Part shown: piece after piece, positions 39,601-48,495 of the stretch
Position numbering within the stretch: the first letter of the stretch is position 1
Layout: every line of letters begins with the position of its first letter
Source: an uncultured virus (IMG/VR IMGVR_UViG_3300025767_000004)
Taxonomy: Duplodnaviria; Heunggongvirae; Uroviricota; Caudoviricetes
Reading direction: 5' to 3' (one strand)
Virus record (IMG/VR): IMGVR_UViG_3300025767_000004
Length of the DNA: 64,000 bases
The notes under the pieces: generated by a model
Databases searched by the model: none
What the model was told of the DNA's origin: nothing
The model's input: only the letters and a program-made list of their open reading frames with translations
Made by a program: the position numbers and the translations under genes

Positions 39601-42600
39601 CTGTATTCGCTTTCGGTGCGATTGCCGTACCTACATACGATTCAGTTGCGTAACCCGCGATTGCTGAATTGATTTGTGACGTTACTTCAGAAGCCGTTTG
39701 GTACTGACCTAAGTCTACCGTTACGTCTCCGTTTTGTCTTGATAAAGTTAATGTATCACCTGAGATAGATGCTCCTGTTACGAAGTTATCCGTATCTGTG
39801 TCATCTTTAAATTGTGATAAGTCAACTGATACTAAACCACCCTTAGCTCTCGTAAGTTCTAAAGTGTCTCCGTCCATAGTTGCAGATACTACGAAGTCTT
39901 CTGACTCGATTCTACCACTTACTTCCGCAGAAATAGCAGATTCTAATGACGCGTCAGCCGCAATTCTTGCAGTCTCTTCGTTTGTTAAACCTGACTCAGT
40001 TCCACCAACTCTAATGTTAATTGATGTATCATCATATGCTGAAGCTTCAACATTGTTCACTCTCGTATGTAATGAAGTAACTTCATCATTCGTAGTTGTG
40101 ATTTCAGCTCCTAAAGCAGTTGATACACCGTTTATTTTTGTGTCTAATGATAAATCACCAGCACTTCTTGCTGAACTCTCATCTCCAATTTTAGTTGTTA
40201 ATGAACCTACCTCAACACCTGTTGTTGCAATTTCACTCGATAAATCAGAAGCTACGTCCGCAATTTTATTTGATAAAGATAAATCAGCAGTTGAATAAGC
40301 AGTACCTACAGTGTTAAACCTGGTATTGATTGAACCTACTTCAATATCTGTTGTGCTAATCTCATTTGATAAATCACCTGAAACAGATGCGATTACAAGA
40401 CCTAAAGAATTATCTTTAGATACTCTTACACCTTCTTCTGTTGAAACTCTCGTAGTTAATGAGTTAACATCTATATTTGTTTGTGCGATTTCAGTAGATA
40501 AATTAGCTTCAACAACATCAACTCTATCGTTTAATTGTCCTTCCGCTACAACTCTATCTGAAACCTCCGTTGAAATCTTACCGTCTAATACAACGTCTGC
40601 AGATATTCTGTCAGCAATTTCAGCGTCTATTTTATTATCGATTACTGTGTCATCGTATGCTCCTTGTTCGATATTACCTAAACGTGTATCGATAGAAGTA
40701 ACTTCACCGTCAACTAAATCTTCAGCTAATGATACTCTCGTAGTTAATGAACCTGATTTACTCTCTTCAGCAGTTAATCTTGTTTTAATACCATTAACTT
40801 CACCATCTAATAATGAATCTTTAGCTAATCTCGTTGAAGCTTCACTAACAACCGCATTACTTACAGAAGTAACAACACCATTAGTGTTTGTTATCTTAGT
40901 ATTTAATGAACTATCAGCAGTCGCTCTGTTAACCTCCTCAGATGAAACTCTGTTGTGAAGTGAAACGTCTTTTGCCGTTAATGAAGTATCAGCATCTTCT
41001 CTAGCACCTTCTTCAACACCAACTCTACTATTTAATGCAGTGATTTCACCACCTGTAGTGTTGATTTCTGAAGCTAACGCCGTTGAGATGTTACCAATCT
41101 TATTACTTAATGAACCGTCAGCTAAAACTCTTGATGATGCTTCGTTAGAAATCTCAGAATCTAAACTATCTTCAACACCACTAACTCTAATGTTAATTGA
41201 TGTATCACTGTAAGCCGCATTGTCTAAAGAAACAACAGAAGATAATCTTACTGATTCTTCAGCCGCAATTCTATTAGTTAATGTGTCATCAGCAGTTTCT
41301 CTGTTAGCTTGTTCTAATGATAATGAATCCCCTAATTGAGCGATTTCTGTATCTATTGAAATATCAGCAGAAACTCTATCAGCAACTTCATCAGAAATTA
41401 AGACTCCGTTTGCAATATCACCTTGTGTTCTGTAAACTTCTTCGTTAGAAATTCTCTCACCAATCGATGCTTGGTTTGTTAAGATACTTGAAATATCACC
41501 ATCATTATTTTCTAATTCAGTCTGTAACTCTTTTAACGTATCGTATGCTTCACCAGCACCGTTAACTACACCGTCAATCGCATCTGCAATCGCAGCCTCT
41601 CTAACAGACGCTTCAATACTTACTTTAGAATCTATTTTAGAATCTAACGTGTTTAAAGAACCACTAACTTCAACTAATCTATCATCAACTGATTCTACTC
41701 CGTCTTCTACGTTACTTACTCTAGTTACGATTGATGATGTATCACCACCTGTCGCAGCTTCTAAAGAGTCAATTCTTGAATCTAATTCATTGTCAGCAGC
41801 AATTCTACTACCTTCCTCTGAAGAAATCTGACCTTCTAAATCTTCAATAGATAAGTTAGTCTCTGATAAGTTGTCACCAATTACAGTTGCCAATGATTGG
41901 TCAGCTGCGAATCTTAATGAACCTTGTGCTGAAATTTCAATAGATAATTGGTTGTCTTTTGAATCTGTATAAGACTCTAAATCACCAATCTTAGTAGCTA
42001 ATGATGCATCAGCCGATTCTAATGTTGAAACCTCAGTATCAATTTTAGTGTTTAATGTATTATCACCTAAAGTTCTAGCGTTTACTTCGTTTGTTAATTG
42101 ACCACCTAATAATGTGATATCGTTTGATAACGTACCAACTTCAGAATCAATCTTAGAATCTAAAGAATCGTCAGCAACTACTCTTGTTGATGCTTCACCA
42201 ACAATTTTAGTATCTAATGATGAATCTCCAGTTAATGATGTAGTAATCGCAGAGTTTAATTTAGCCGTTAATGATTCATCAGCAGTTGATAAATCAGAAG
42301 AAATTAAACCATCAACTAATGTTAATGATAAATCTTTAGCCGCTCTTAATGATTCTTCATCTGAAACTCTCGTCTCTAAAGATGCTGAGAAATCTTCTGA
42401 ATCCCCAACTCTTTCGTTGATACTTGAATCGTTATATGCCGCAGCTTCTAACTCACTAATTTTAGTTTCTAATGAACCATCAGCAGTAACTCTTAATGCT
42501 GACTCCTCACCAATCTTAGTCTCTAATGAATCATCACCGTCAACTCTTAATGCTGATTCTACACTAATCTTACTATCTAAAGTATCGTCAGCGTCAACTC

Positions 42601-43375
42601 TTGCAGCTGATTCAACACCAATTGCAGTATCAATAGATGCTACATCACCTGTTAATTGAGTGTCTAAGTCAGATATTAAACCTGATTTTGATACTTCTTC
42701 TAATGATAATCTTGTTTCAACTGAAACAACATCACCCTCAATTACTAAAGCTCTGTCATCTACTGAATCGATATCAGCAGTTACTTCACCTGTAATTTCA
42801 TTTGTTAATGATGTGATTGCCGTTTCTCTAACTACTTCTTCAGTCGAGACTCTCGTCGCTAATGAACTTACTTCGAAGTTAGTCGTACTAATCTCATCAC
42901 TTAGTTGTGTCGACACCCCTGTAGATACCTGACCAACTAATGTCGCTAACGAATCATCCGCAGATAATCTCGTCGCCGCCTCTTCAGTAACTCTTTGAGC
43001 AACTGAATTAATCTCGGAAATAATATTCGCTTCTGTAATAGTACCGTCTCCAATTTTAGTTGCGATTTCAACTAATGTATCCAAAGCAGCAGGTGCACCA
43101 TCAACTAAGTTGGTGATTGCTAATTGAACATCATTAGACATTTTGGTTACTAACGAAGAGTCTCCAGCAACTCTTGCAGTTTCTTCTACCGCTACACGCT
43201 CTATTAATGACGTTAAACCTTCAATTGTAAGGTTCGAACCGTCACCATAAAACACATCAGCAGATACCGAACCTGCAAAGATTTCATCTAAAGGATTCGT
43301 TGGTGTACCAAAATCGACTTCACGACCTTTTGGGTCAGTATTAAGTTGGAATAATCCTAATTGTCTTAATGCCAT
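36623..43375 (-). CDS. Giant acidic fibre protein (coiled-coil repeats, beta-repeats, C-terminal phage fibre domain)
   Basis: SLxTRxSxEExxRxxxD repeats, GAPAALDTLVEI and GAGEAYDTLKEL motifs, LTLTxxxGxxVxVDL repeats, C-terminal KSFLIDHP...LEGPE...LPDYW...VQLTP. Confidence 0.8.
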   Translation of the reverse strand: MALRQLGLFQLNTDPKGREVDFGTPTNPLDEIFAGSVSADVFYGDGSNLTIEGLTSLIERVAVEETARVAGDSSLVTKMSNDVQLAITNLVDGAPAALDTLVEIATKIGDGTITEANIISEINSVAQRVTEEAATRLSADDSLATLVGQVSTGVSTQLSDEISTTNFEVSSLATRVSTEEVVRETAITSLTNEITGEVTADIDSVDDRALVIEGDVVSVETRLSLEEVSKSGLISDLDTQLTGDVASIDTAIGVESAARVDADDTLDSKISVESALRVDGDDSLETKIGEESALRVTADGSLETKISELEAAAYNDSSINERVGDSEDFSASLETRVSDEESLRAAKDLSLTLVDGLISSDLSTADESLTAKLNSAITTSLTGDSSLDTKIVGEASTRVVADDSLDSKIDSEVGTLSNDITLLGGQLTNEVNARTLGDNTLNTKIDTEVSTLESADASLATKIGDLESYTDSKDNQLSIEISAQGSLRFAADQSLATVIGDNLSETNLSIEDLEGQISSEEGSRIAADNELDSRIDSLEAATGGDTSSIVTRVSNVEDGVESVDDRLVEVSGSLNTLDSKIDSKVSIEASVREAAIADAIDGVVNGAGEAYDTLKELQTELENNDGDISSILTNQASIGERISNEEVYRTQGDIANGVLISDEVADRVSADISIDTEIAQLGDSLSLEQANRETADDTLTNRIAAEESVRLSSVVSLDNAAYSDTSINIRVSGVEDSLDSEISNEASSRVLADGSLSNKIGNISTALASEINTTGGEITALNSRVGVEEGAREDADTSLTAKDVSLHNRVSSEEVNRATADSSLNTKITNTNGVVTSVSNAVVSEASTRLAKDSLLDGEVNGIKTRLTAEESKSGSLTTRVSLAEDLVDGEVTSIDTRLGNIEQGAYDDTVIDNKIDAEIADRISADVVLDGKISTEVSDRVVAEGQLNDRVDVVEANLSTEIAQTNIDVNSLTTRVSTEEGVRVSKDNSLGLVIASVSGDLSNEISTTDIEVGSINTRFNTVGTAYSTADLSLSNKIADVASDLSSEIATTGVEVGSLTTKIGDESSARSAGDLSLDTKINGVSTALGAEITTTNDEVTSLHTRVNNVEASAYDDTSINIRVGGTESGLTNEETARIAADASLESAISAEVSGRIESEDFVVSATMDGDTLELTRAKGGLVSVDLSQFKDDTDTDNFVTGASISGDTLTLSRQNGDVTVDLGQYQTASEVTSQINSAIAGYATESYVGTAIAPKANTVYVDAQDASITARLDSMDGDIASHNELDGASFAANVLTVSGSEESYTVDLSSLATDVNVSSGSYDSATGELTLTKSDGYTVVVSDFYVDVDGDNFITGAAMSGQDLILSRQGLAPLSVSLAGFVTSGELASAIAPKANTSYVDAQDAALAAQISAEASSRIGSEDYVSSASMDGDVLELTRALGGVVSVDLSQFKDDTDTDNFITGASITGDVLTLTRQNGNVSVNLGQYQTASEVTAALAPYATSSDVSSQVASEVGDEATARIAGDLSLNTKIDYAIDNEDYVSGASLTNQVLKLNRVKGGVVSVNLGTFTTSGELTSALNPYATSVAVSVAIKAGDDSLTTKVGNVSSAVGTEAGVRASADTSLTTRIANEEGNREDAIDDVIGLIGEVSKDLFDEINTTDTEINALNVRVQNIEQSGYDDTSINERVDVIEGGLGAVSTGLGNVSAALSSEINTTNGEVNSLNTRIGNEIGTTNGEVTSLHTRISKEESTRLVKDNSIANNVVNVSNAYSAGETSLHNRFAQVSSALSTEIDTTDADIVQLHSRINNVEGSAGSADGSLEVRISKEESTRLVKDNSLHTRVGTISTGLSTEIGVTNGEVTSLHTRVGNEESVRGTADTSLTNRIAAEETARIASDGQLSIEIEDVNGLAGASLNGTTLTVGGTNESYNVNLSSLTTDVTVTGGTYNSGTQTLTLTKSDGDSVAVSGFAIDTDTDNYADSVAFNTTNGQLTIGRTGSLSDLTIDLDGRYLVDTVDNNNYVDGASFNTANGVLTIGRSGSLSDINIDLDGRFTDNGYADTMNQHVKTNSAVTFSTVNTGQGATEVHLMNQNLRTTDNVRFNDVTATHVVATNVFVGQNRLTDIGGALMINQDVEIMGELRAQSKSFLIDHPTKPNMKLQYGNLEGPEHGVYVRGKVTGDGVIELPDYWTGLVDEDTITVQLTPFGKPTQHYVSSVADNKVEVSAEGEVNAYYIVHAERKDLYKLKVEFSA

Positions 43376-43443
43376 TTTGTAATGTTTATTTTACTTTATT
43401 TATTTCTGTTTTCACAGATTATTGTTGATTTCTCAACGGGTAT

Positions 43444-44874
43444 TTATATCAACGCACCTAAATCTCCATTCATTTGGTCACGGAATTCAAAATATGTACC
43501 TATATATAGGTCTGACTCCGCTTGCCATGATGGTCTATCGAATGCTACGTTAGATACAGAAATATCACCTAAGTTGTTGATAGTCGCTGAACCTGTAACC
43601 GCACCGTCTAAAACGATTTGTTGTGTTTTGTTTATTACTGTTGATGAGTCAATCTCACCATCAAATTTCCATTTGTTTCCATCAAATAAGATAGACGCTA
43701 ATGGTAAGTTTTCATCACCTATTTTAACTCCTGCTGGCGATGCTAATAATTCTTCATTAGTCGCTCCTGAACCTACAACAATTGCTTTATCCTCAATAGT
43801 AACCTCTGTTGAGTTAACAGTAAAGGTTTCACCCGTAACATATAAGTTACCTTCAACCGTTACCGCTCCGTTACCTTCAGAAATTAATGAATCAGTTACT
43901 GATAAACCGTCATCACCAAACTTTGCTAATCTATTTGTAGTACCTGATACTGATGAATCACCAGTGTTGTAATATAATACTGCAATTTCAGAGCCATTAC
44001 TTGGTACACCCGCAAAATTAATTGTCTGTCCGTTAGTTGAGTAGTTTTCATTCATTAACTGAACTAAACCATTTATCTCAACATAAACAACCTGAGATAA
44101 ATTCTCAGAAACTGTTACAGAATCTAATGAACCATCAGCAACAAATTTTTGATATCTTAATACTGGTTTAGAACCACCATAGAAATAAGTAATCTGTACT
44201 GTATCACCTTCAATCGGTGCTTCATTAAATGTTATTGTCTTTTCATACTCAACGTGAGTAAATGCATCATCTTTTTCTTGCACTAATCCGTTCACATCCA
44301 CCATAACTAAAGAAGTCATAGTTTTTGATACGACAAACTCAGTAGTCGCCCCGTCACCAATAAAGGTTTCGTGATATACTAATGGTTTTGCTTCACCTGA
44401 TTGAATTGGTACACCTGACTGGTATATCTGACCTGATAAATGTAGGTCGTTATATTGTTTCTCTGATGCTCCTAAGTCCTTTGTAGAATCTACACTAGGA
44501 ATTAAGTTAGAAGTTAATTCTGATACGTCTAAAGTCCCTACCTCAACACCAGCGAATGTTGGTGCGTCAGCAATAGCAACTCCTTGGTCCATTACATCTG
44601 CGAATTCATTGTCGGTAAATCTACCGTCTAAATCTACAGTTACAGTTGAACCATCACCCTTTGTTAACGTAAAAATTCCATCAGTTATGTCAAATGAAAG
44701 ATTTGAAACTGTGGAATCTGATAACAAACCGTCGATTTCGGTTTCTGTGTAGTACCTCGTATCTAATGAACCTCCGTTGATGTCAGCCACATCTTGTGTG
44801 TGTGTATTTACCTTACCGATAATTGTATTCAATTTCGACGCGATAATTTGTGCTAAATCTTGGTATTGTGTCAT
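43444..44874 (-). CDS. Fibre/structural protein
   Basis: LDTRYYTETEID, VDLDGRF, two FxGDG...VxINGLVQ repeats, VNSTEVTIED. Confidence 0.7.
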   Translation of the reverse strand: MTQYQDLAQIIASKLNTIIGKVNTHTQDVADINGGSLDTRYYTETEIDGLLSDSTVSNLSFDITDGIFTLTKGDGSTVTVDLDGRFTDNEFADVMDQGVAIADAPTFAGVEVGTLDVSELTSNLIPSVDSTKDLGASEKQYNDLHLSGQIYQSGVPIQSGEAKPLVYHETFIGDGATTEFVVSKTMTSLVMVDVNGLVQEKDDAFTHVEYEKTITFNEAPIEGDTVQITYFYGGSKPVLRYQKFVADGSLDSVTVSENLSQVVYVEINGLVQLMNENYSTNGQTINFAGVPSNGSEIAVLYYNTGDSSVSGTTNRLAKFGDDGLSVTDSLISEGNGAVTVEGNLYVTGETFTVNSTEVTIEDKAIVVGSGATNEELLASPAGVKIGDENLPLASILFDGNKWKFDGEIDSSTVINKTQQIVLDGAVTGSATINNLGDISVSNVAFDRPSWQAESDLYIGTYFEFRDQMNGDLGALI

Positions 44875-44909
44875 TATAAAATGTTTTTTTTTATTGGTTT
44901 ATATAAGAA

Positions 44910-44932
44910 GGGGGAGAGATATCCCCTCCCCC
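44910..44932. terminator. Hairpin/terminator between fibre genes
   Basis: gggggag...ctccccc. Confidence 0.55.
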
Positions 44933-44955
44933 AATTTTTTTAATTATAAACTATC

Positions 44956-47472
44956 TTAGTTTAATGCTATTAAATTAGCGTTTAACGTAGTTTCAAACTC
45001 ATTTACAGTTCCTTGGAATGCAATGTGGTTAGCTAAAGCTACCTCGTCTAAACCAACTCTTTCTTCTAATGAAGTTAAGTCACCGTTAATTGCTGCGTCA
45101 GCATTAGCTCTAGCAACCTCTTCAGTTGAGATTCTCGTAGTTAATACTGTATCAGCCGCTCCTCTTGCGTCAGCCTCTTCTTCAATTAATGCTTGTAAAG
45201 ATGCATCACCTGCACTTAATACAACACCAATAGAAGCGTCTTTCTGAATTCTCGTAGCAGACTCACCGTCTAATCTAGTAGATAATACTGTATCAACAGA
45301 TGCTCTTGCAACTTCTTCGTTAGATACTCTTGTATTGATTGATACGAAATCATCACCCGCTTTAGAATCTAATGATTCAACCGCTGAAGCTCTTACTGAT
45401 TCCTCAGTTGAGATTCTTGAAGTTAATGTAGCATCACCTGCGATTCTTGCTTCAGCCTCTAAAGAGATACTTTCAGCTAATGAACCTTCAGCAACTTGTC
45501 TACCTTCGATTTCAACATCGATTTTAGCATCTAATACACCGTCAGCGTTAGCTCTTACAACTTCTTCAGTTGAAAGTCTTGAAGTTAATGAACCGTCAGC
45601 AGAAATCATTGCCGCTGATAATGAATTATCTTTAGCTAATCTCGTAGACTCTTCACCTGATAATCTTGTCGTTAACGACATGTCAGCAGATGCTGATGTA
45701 GACTCTTCACCAGATAATCTAGTTTCTAATGAACCGTCAGCAGAATTTAATGTGTCAACCGCCTCAATGAACTCTTGGTGGTTACTCTCAACTAATTCAG
45801 CGATTGCCGTGTCAGCAGATGCTGATGTAGACTCTTCAGTCGATAATCTTGTCTCTAATGAATCAACACCGTCTAATTGGTTTTCTTCTAAAGTAGATAC
45901 TCTAGCGTCAATTGAACCATCAGCAGATACATAAGCATTTACGATAGACGTGTCAGCAGTACCTAAACCAGCGATTTGGTTTACGAAAGTCGCTTGTAAC
46001 GTGTTATCAGCAGCTAATTCATCAGCGATTTCTTTTAATGTATCAAACGCTTCAGGTGCACCGTTAATTAAACCGTTTACCGCTACGTCAATAGCATTGT
46101 CTCTGTTTACAACCTCGTTAGAGATTTCAACAGATAATTTGTTAGTGATTGAGATATCAGTTGATTCAACTGAAGATACAACACCTGAGATTCTAGAGTT
46201 TAAAGAAACTTTAGCATCTACTAACGCTCCTTCGTCAGCTAATACTCTCTCGTCAATAGATACGAAATCTTGACCCGCTTTAGCGTCTAATGAAACAACA
46301 GAAGATAATCTTACTGATTCCTCAGTTGATACTCTTACGTCTACAGACTCTACCTCAGCAGACATGTAGTCTTGTAATGAGTTAGTTAAAGAAACTGTAG
46401 CTTCTTCTTCCTCACCTAATCTTGTTTGTAATGAACCTTCGATTGCAACTGCTCTCTCGAATTCAGCATTGATTTTACCGTCTAATACTTCCTCAGCACC
46501 TTCAGCTCTTAAAGTCTCGATTGAAACCTTAGCGTCTAATGCGATAACGTCAGAGTTAGTTGAAGAAATCTCAGTACTTAAAGCCTCGTCTAATGCGTCA
46601 AACGCATTTCCTCTCGCCACTTCTTCAGCAGAAATTCTGTTAGTTAATGAACCATCAGCAGAAACGTAAGCCGTTACGATTGATGCGTCCTTGTTAGCAG
46701 ATAATACTTCTTCGTTTGATAATCTAGTTTCGATTGAACCTACACCACCAGCTAATTGAGCATCTACTGATTCGATAGCAGAAACTCTATCAGAAACCTC
46801 TGTAGAAATTTTACCATCTAATACAACATCAGCCGCAGTATAAGCAGTAACGATTGAAGCGTCTTTATTAGCTCTGATTGTAGCTTCTTCTTGAATCGAA
46901 GCGTTTAAAGCGATATCGCCTTCGTTACTTGCAGATTCTACTTCACCAATTTTAGTCGCTAAAGATGCGTCAGCAGCAAATCTTGTAGATGCTTCTGATG
47001 AAATCTTAGTCGCTAATGAAGCGTCTTTTTGTGTGAACGCAGTTTCTACTGAGTTTACTTTGTTTGTCATTGCAACAGTTACAGAAGCGTCTCCTGAAAC
47101 TCTTGATGACTCCTCCGCTGAAATTCTTGTGTCAGCCGAAGTTAATTTTGCACTTACTGATTGAGATGCCGCTAAATCCGCTGCCGCTCTATCAGATACC
47201 TCTACAGATAGTTTTGAAGCTAATGAATTGTCCCCTACTAAACGAGTTGACTCTTCCGCTGAAACTCTTACCTCTAAAGAAGTTGCCGCTGAATTGTTAT
47301 CAACGATTAAGTCTACGATAGAATTATCAGCAGAAAGTCTTGTTGACTCTTCGTTTGAAACTCTAGTGACTAATGATGTCCTACCAGTGGTGTTGGTGTT
47401 TACCTTACCAATGATTAGATTTAACTTACCCGCAATAAGTGATGCTAAATCTTGAAATTGAGTGTTTGCCAT
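44956..47472 (-). CDS. Acidic coiled-coil fibre protein
   Basis: Dense SLxTRLSxEExxRxxAD repeats; GAPEAFDTLKEIA; TATTTATA at 47509-47516. Confidence 0.8.
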   Translation of the reverse strand: MANTQFQDLASLIAGKLNLIIGKVNTNTTGRTSLVTRVSNEESTRLSADNSIVDLIVDNNSAATSLEVRVSAEESTRLVGDNSLASKLSVEVSDRAAADLAASQSVSAKLTSADTRISAEESSRVSGDASVTVAMTNKVNSVETAFTQKDASLATKISSEASTRFAADASLATKIGEVESASNEGDIALNASIQEEATIRANKDASIVTAYTAADVVLDGKISTEVSDRVSAIESVDAQLAGGVGSIETRLSNEEVLSANKDASIVTAYVSADGSLTNRISAEEVARGNAFDALDEALSTEISSTNSDVIALDAKVSIETLRAEGAEEVLDGKINAEFERAVAIEGSLQTRLGEEEEATVSLTNSLQDYMSAEVESVDVRVSTEESVRLSSVVSLDAKAGQDFVSIDERVLADEGALVDAKVSLNSRISGVVSSVESTDISITNKLSVEISNEVVNRDNAIDVAVNGLINGAPEAFDTLKEIADELAADNTLQATFVNQIAGLGTADTSIVNAYVSADGSIDARVSTLEENQLDGVDSLETRLSTEESTSASADTAIAELVESNHQEFIEAVDTLNSADGSLETRLSGEESTSASADMSLTTRLSGEESTRLAKDNSLSAAMISADGSLTSRLSTEEVVRANADGVLDAKIDVEIEGRQVAEGSLAESISLEAEARIAGDATLTSRISTEESVRASAVESLDSKAGDDFVSINTRVSNEEVARASVDTVLSTRLDGESATRIQKDASIGVVLSAGDASLQALIEEEADARGAADTVLTTRISTEEVARANADAAINGDLTSLEERVGLDEVALANHIAFQGTVNEFETTLNANLIALN

Positions 47473-47585
47473 TTGTTTTTTTTTAAATTAATGGTTTATT
47501 ATTGTTATTATAAATACTACGAAAATGTAGTAATTATTCTTTAAATGAAAAATAAGTTTGTATTTATGAAACTTTTTTTTCTATA

Positions 47586-48461
47586 TTACACAAGACCATT
47601 TAGATTGTCATCTAAATAGTTTTGGAAATCAGTATTAATACGGTGAGTTAATTCATCTTCAGTCACAACATCAACCTCTCCTTCTTCAGGAGAATCAGAT
47701 ACTAAATTATCTTCATTATCTTTTAAAGAAGATAAATCAACTGAGAAAATATCACCACCACCAGCACTCGAAAATGTAATTTGATTCGTTTGGTTGTCAA
47801 AAGCGGCACTATCAACGATAGTATTAACTAACCCCTGTAATGGAATCTCAACATCATCCGCCCCTGATATATTTAATGTAAGTACTCCTGAGTTGTAAGA
47901 CCCTCCGTACACAAAACGGTCATCTATACCTGATAAGTCTACACTTACGTTAGGTTCACCGTTACTTTGTTTAATCGTCAATACAGAACCCGTTAAAGTA
48001 GTTCCTGTTACTGAACTACCCGAACCACCGCCACTGAAGTCTAATTGTTCCCAAGCATCATCGTGGTTTCCTGTTCCTGTTAATTGTGAGAAGGTTGAAA
48101 AGTCAAATGCTGAAGTAGTAGGGTCTAACCATACTAACTTTTGTGCGTCTGACGCTGAATCCCACTCTTCTATAGTTACTAACGTTCCGTTAGCTCTCTT
48201 TGGGTTTAATTGAAATAACTTTCTCTCCCCAATAACATAAACCATCATACCTAGTCTTCTTCTACCTGAAGAATAACCGTCAGCACCAATAGTTGATGAT
48301 ACAGGAATGTCATTTCTGAAGTCCATATTTGGAACCTCCACATAACCACCGACACCTAAGTAAGAGTAATGAGTACCATACGTCGCATCACTTGATGCTG
48401 GTACCATCCCCGCTCCTGTCCTTAGACCTCCTGGTTCAATTGGAAAAACATTTTCTGACAT
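47586..48461 (-). CDS. Structural protein with RRLGMMVYV motif and beta-repeats
   Basis: GGY...RRLGMMVYV resembles Bacteroidetes phage structural proteins; VDLS repeats. Confidence 0.6.
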   Translation of the reverse strand: MSENVFPIEPGGLRTGAGMVPASSDATYGTHYSYLGVGGYVEVPNMDFRNDIPVSSTIGADGYSSGRRRLGMMVYVIGERKLFQLNPKRANGTLVTIEEWDSASDAQKLVWLDPTTSAFDFSTFSQLTGTGNHDDAWEQLDFSGGGSGSSVTGTTLTGSVLTIKQSNGEPNVSVDLSGIDDRFVYGGSYNSGVLTLNISGADDVEIPLQGLVNTIVDSAAFDNQTNQITFSSAGGGDIFSVDLSSLKDNEDNLVSDSPEEGEVDVVTEDELTHRINTDFQNYLDDNLNGLV

Positions 48462-48495
48462 ATTATTTTATTAAAAAATATATTAATTTATTTAC

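Noticed and set aside
37737..47455. Plus-strand ORFs of 100-215 aa opposite the acidic fibre genes
   Set aside because: Antisense shadows of biased codon usage in repeat proteins.
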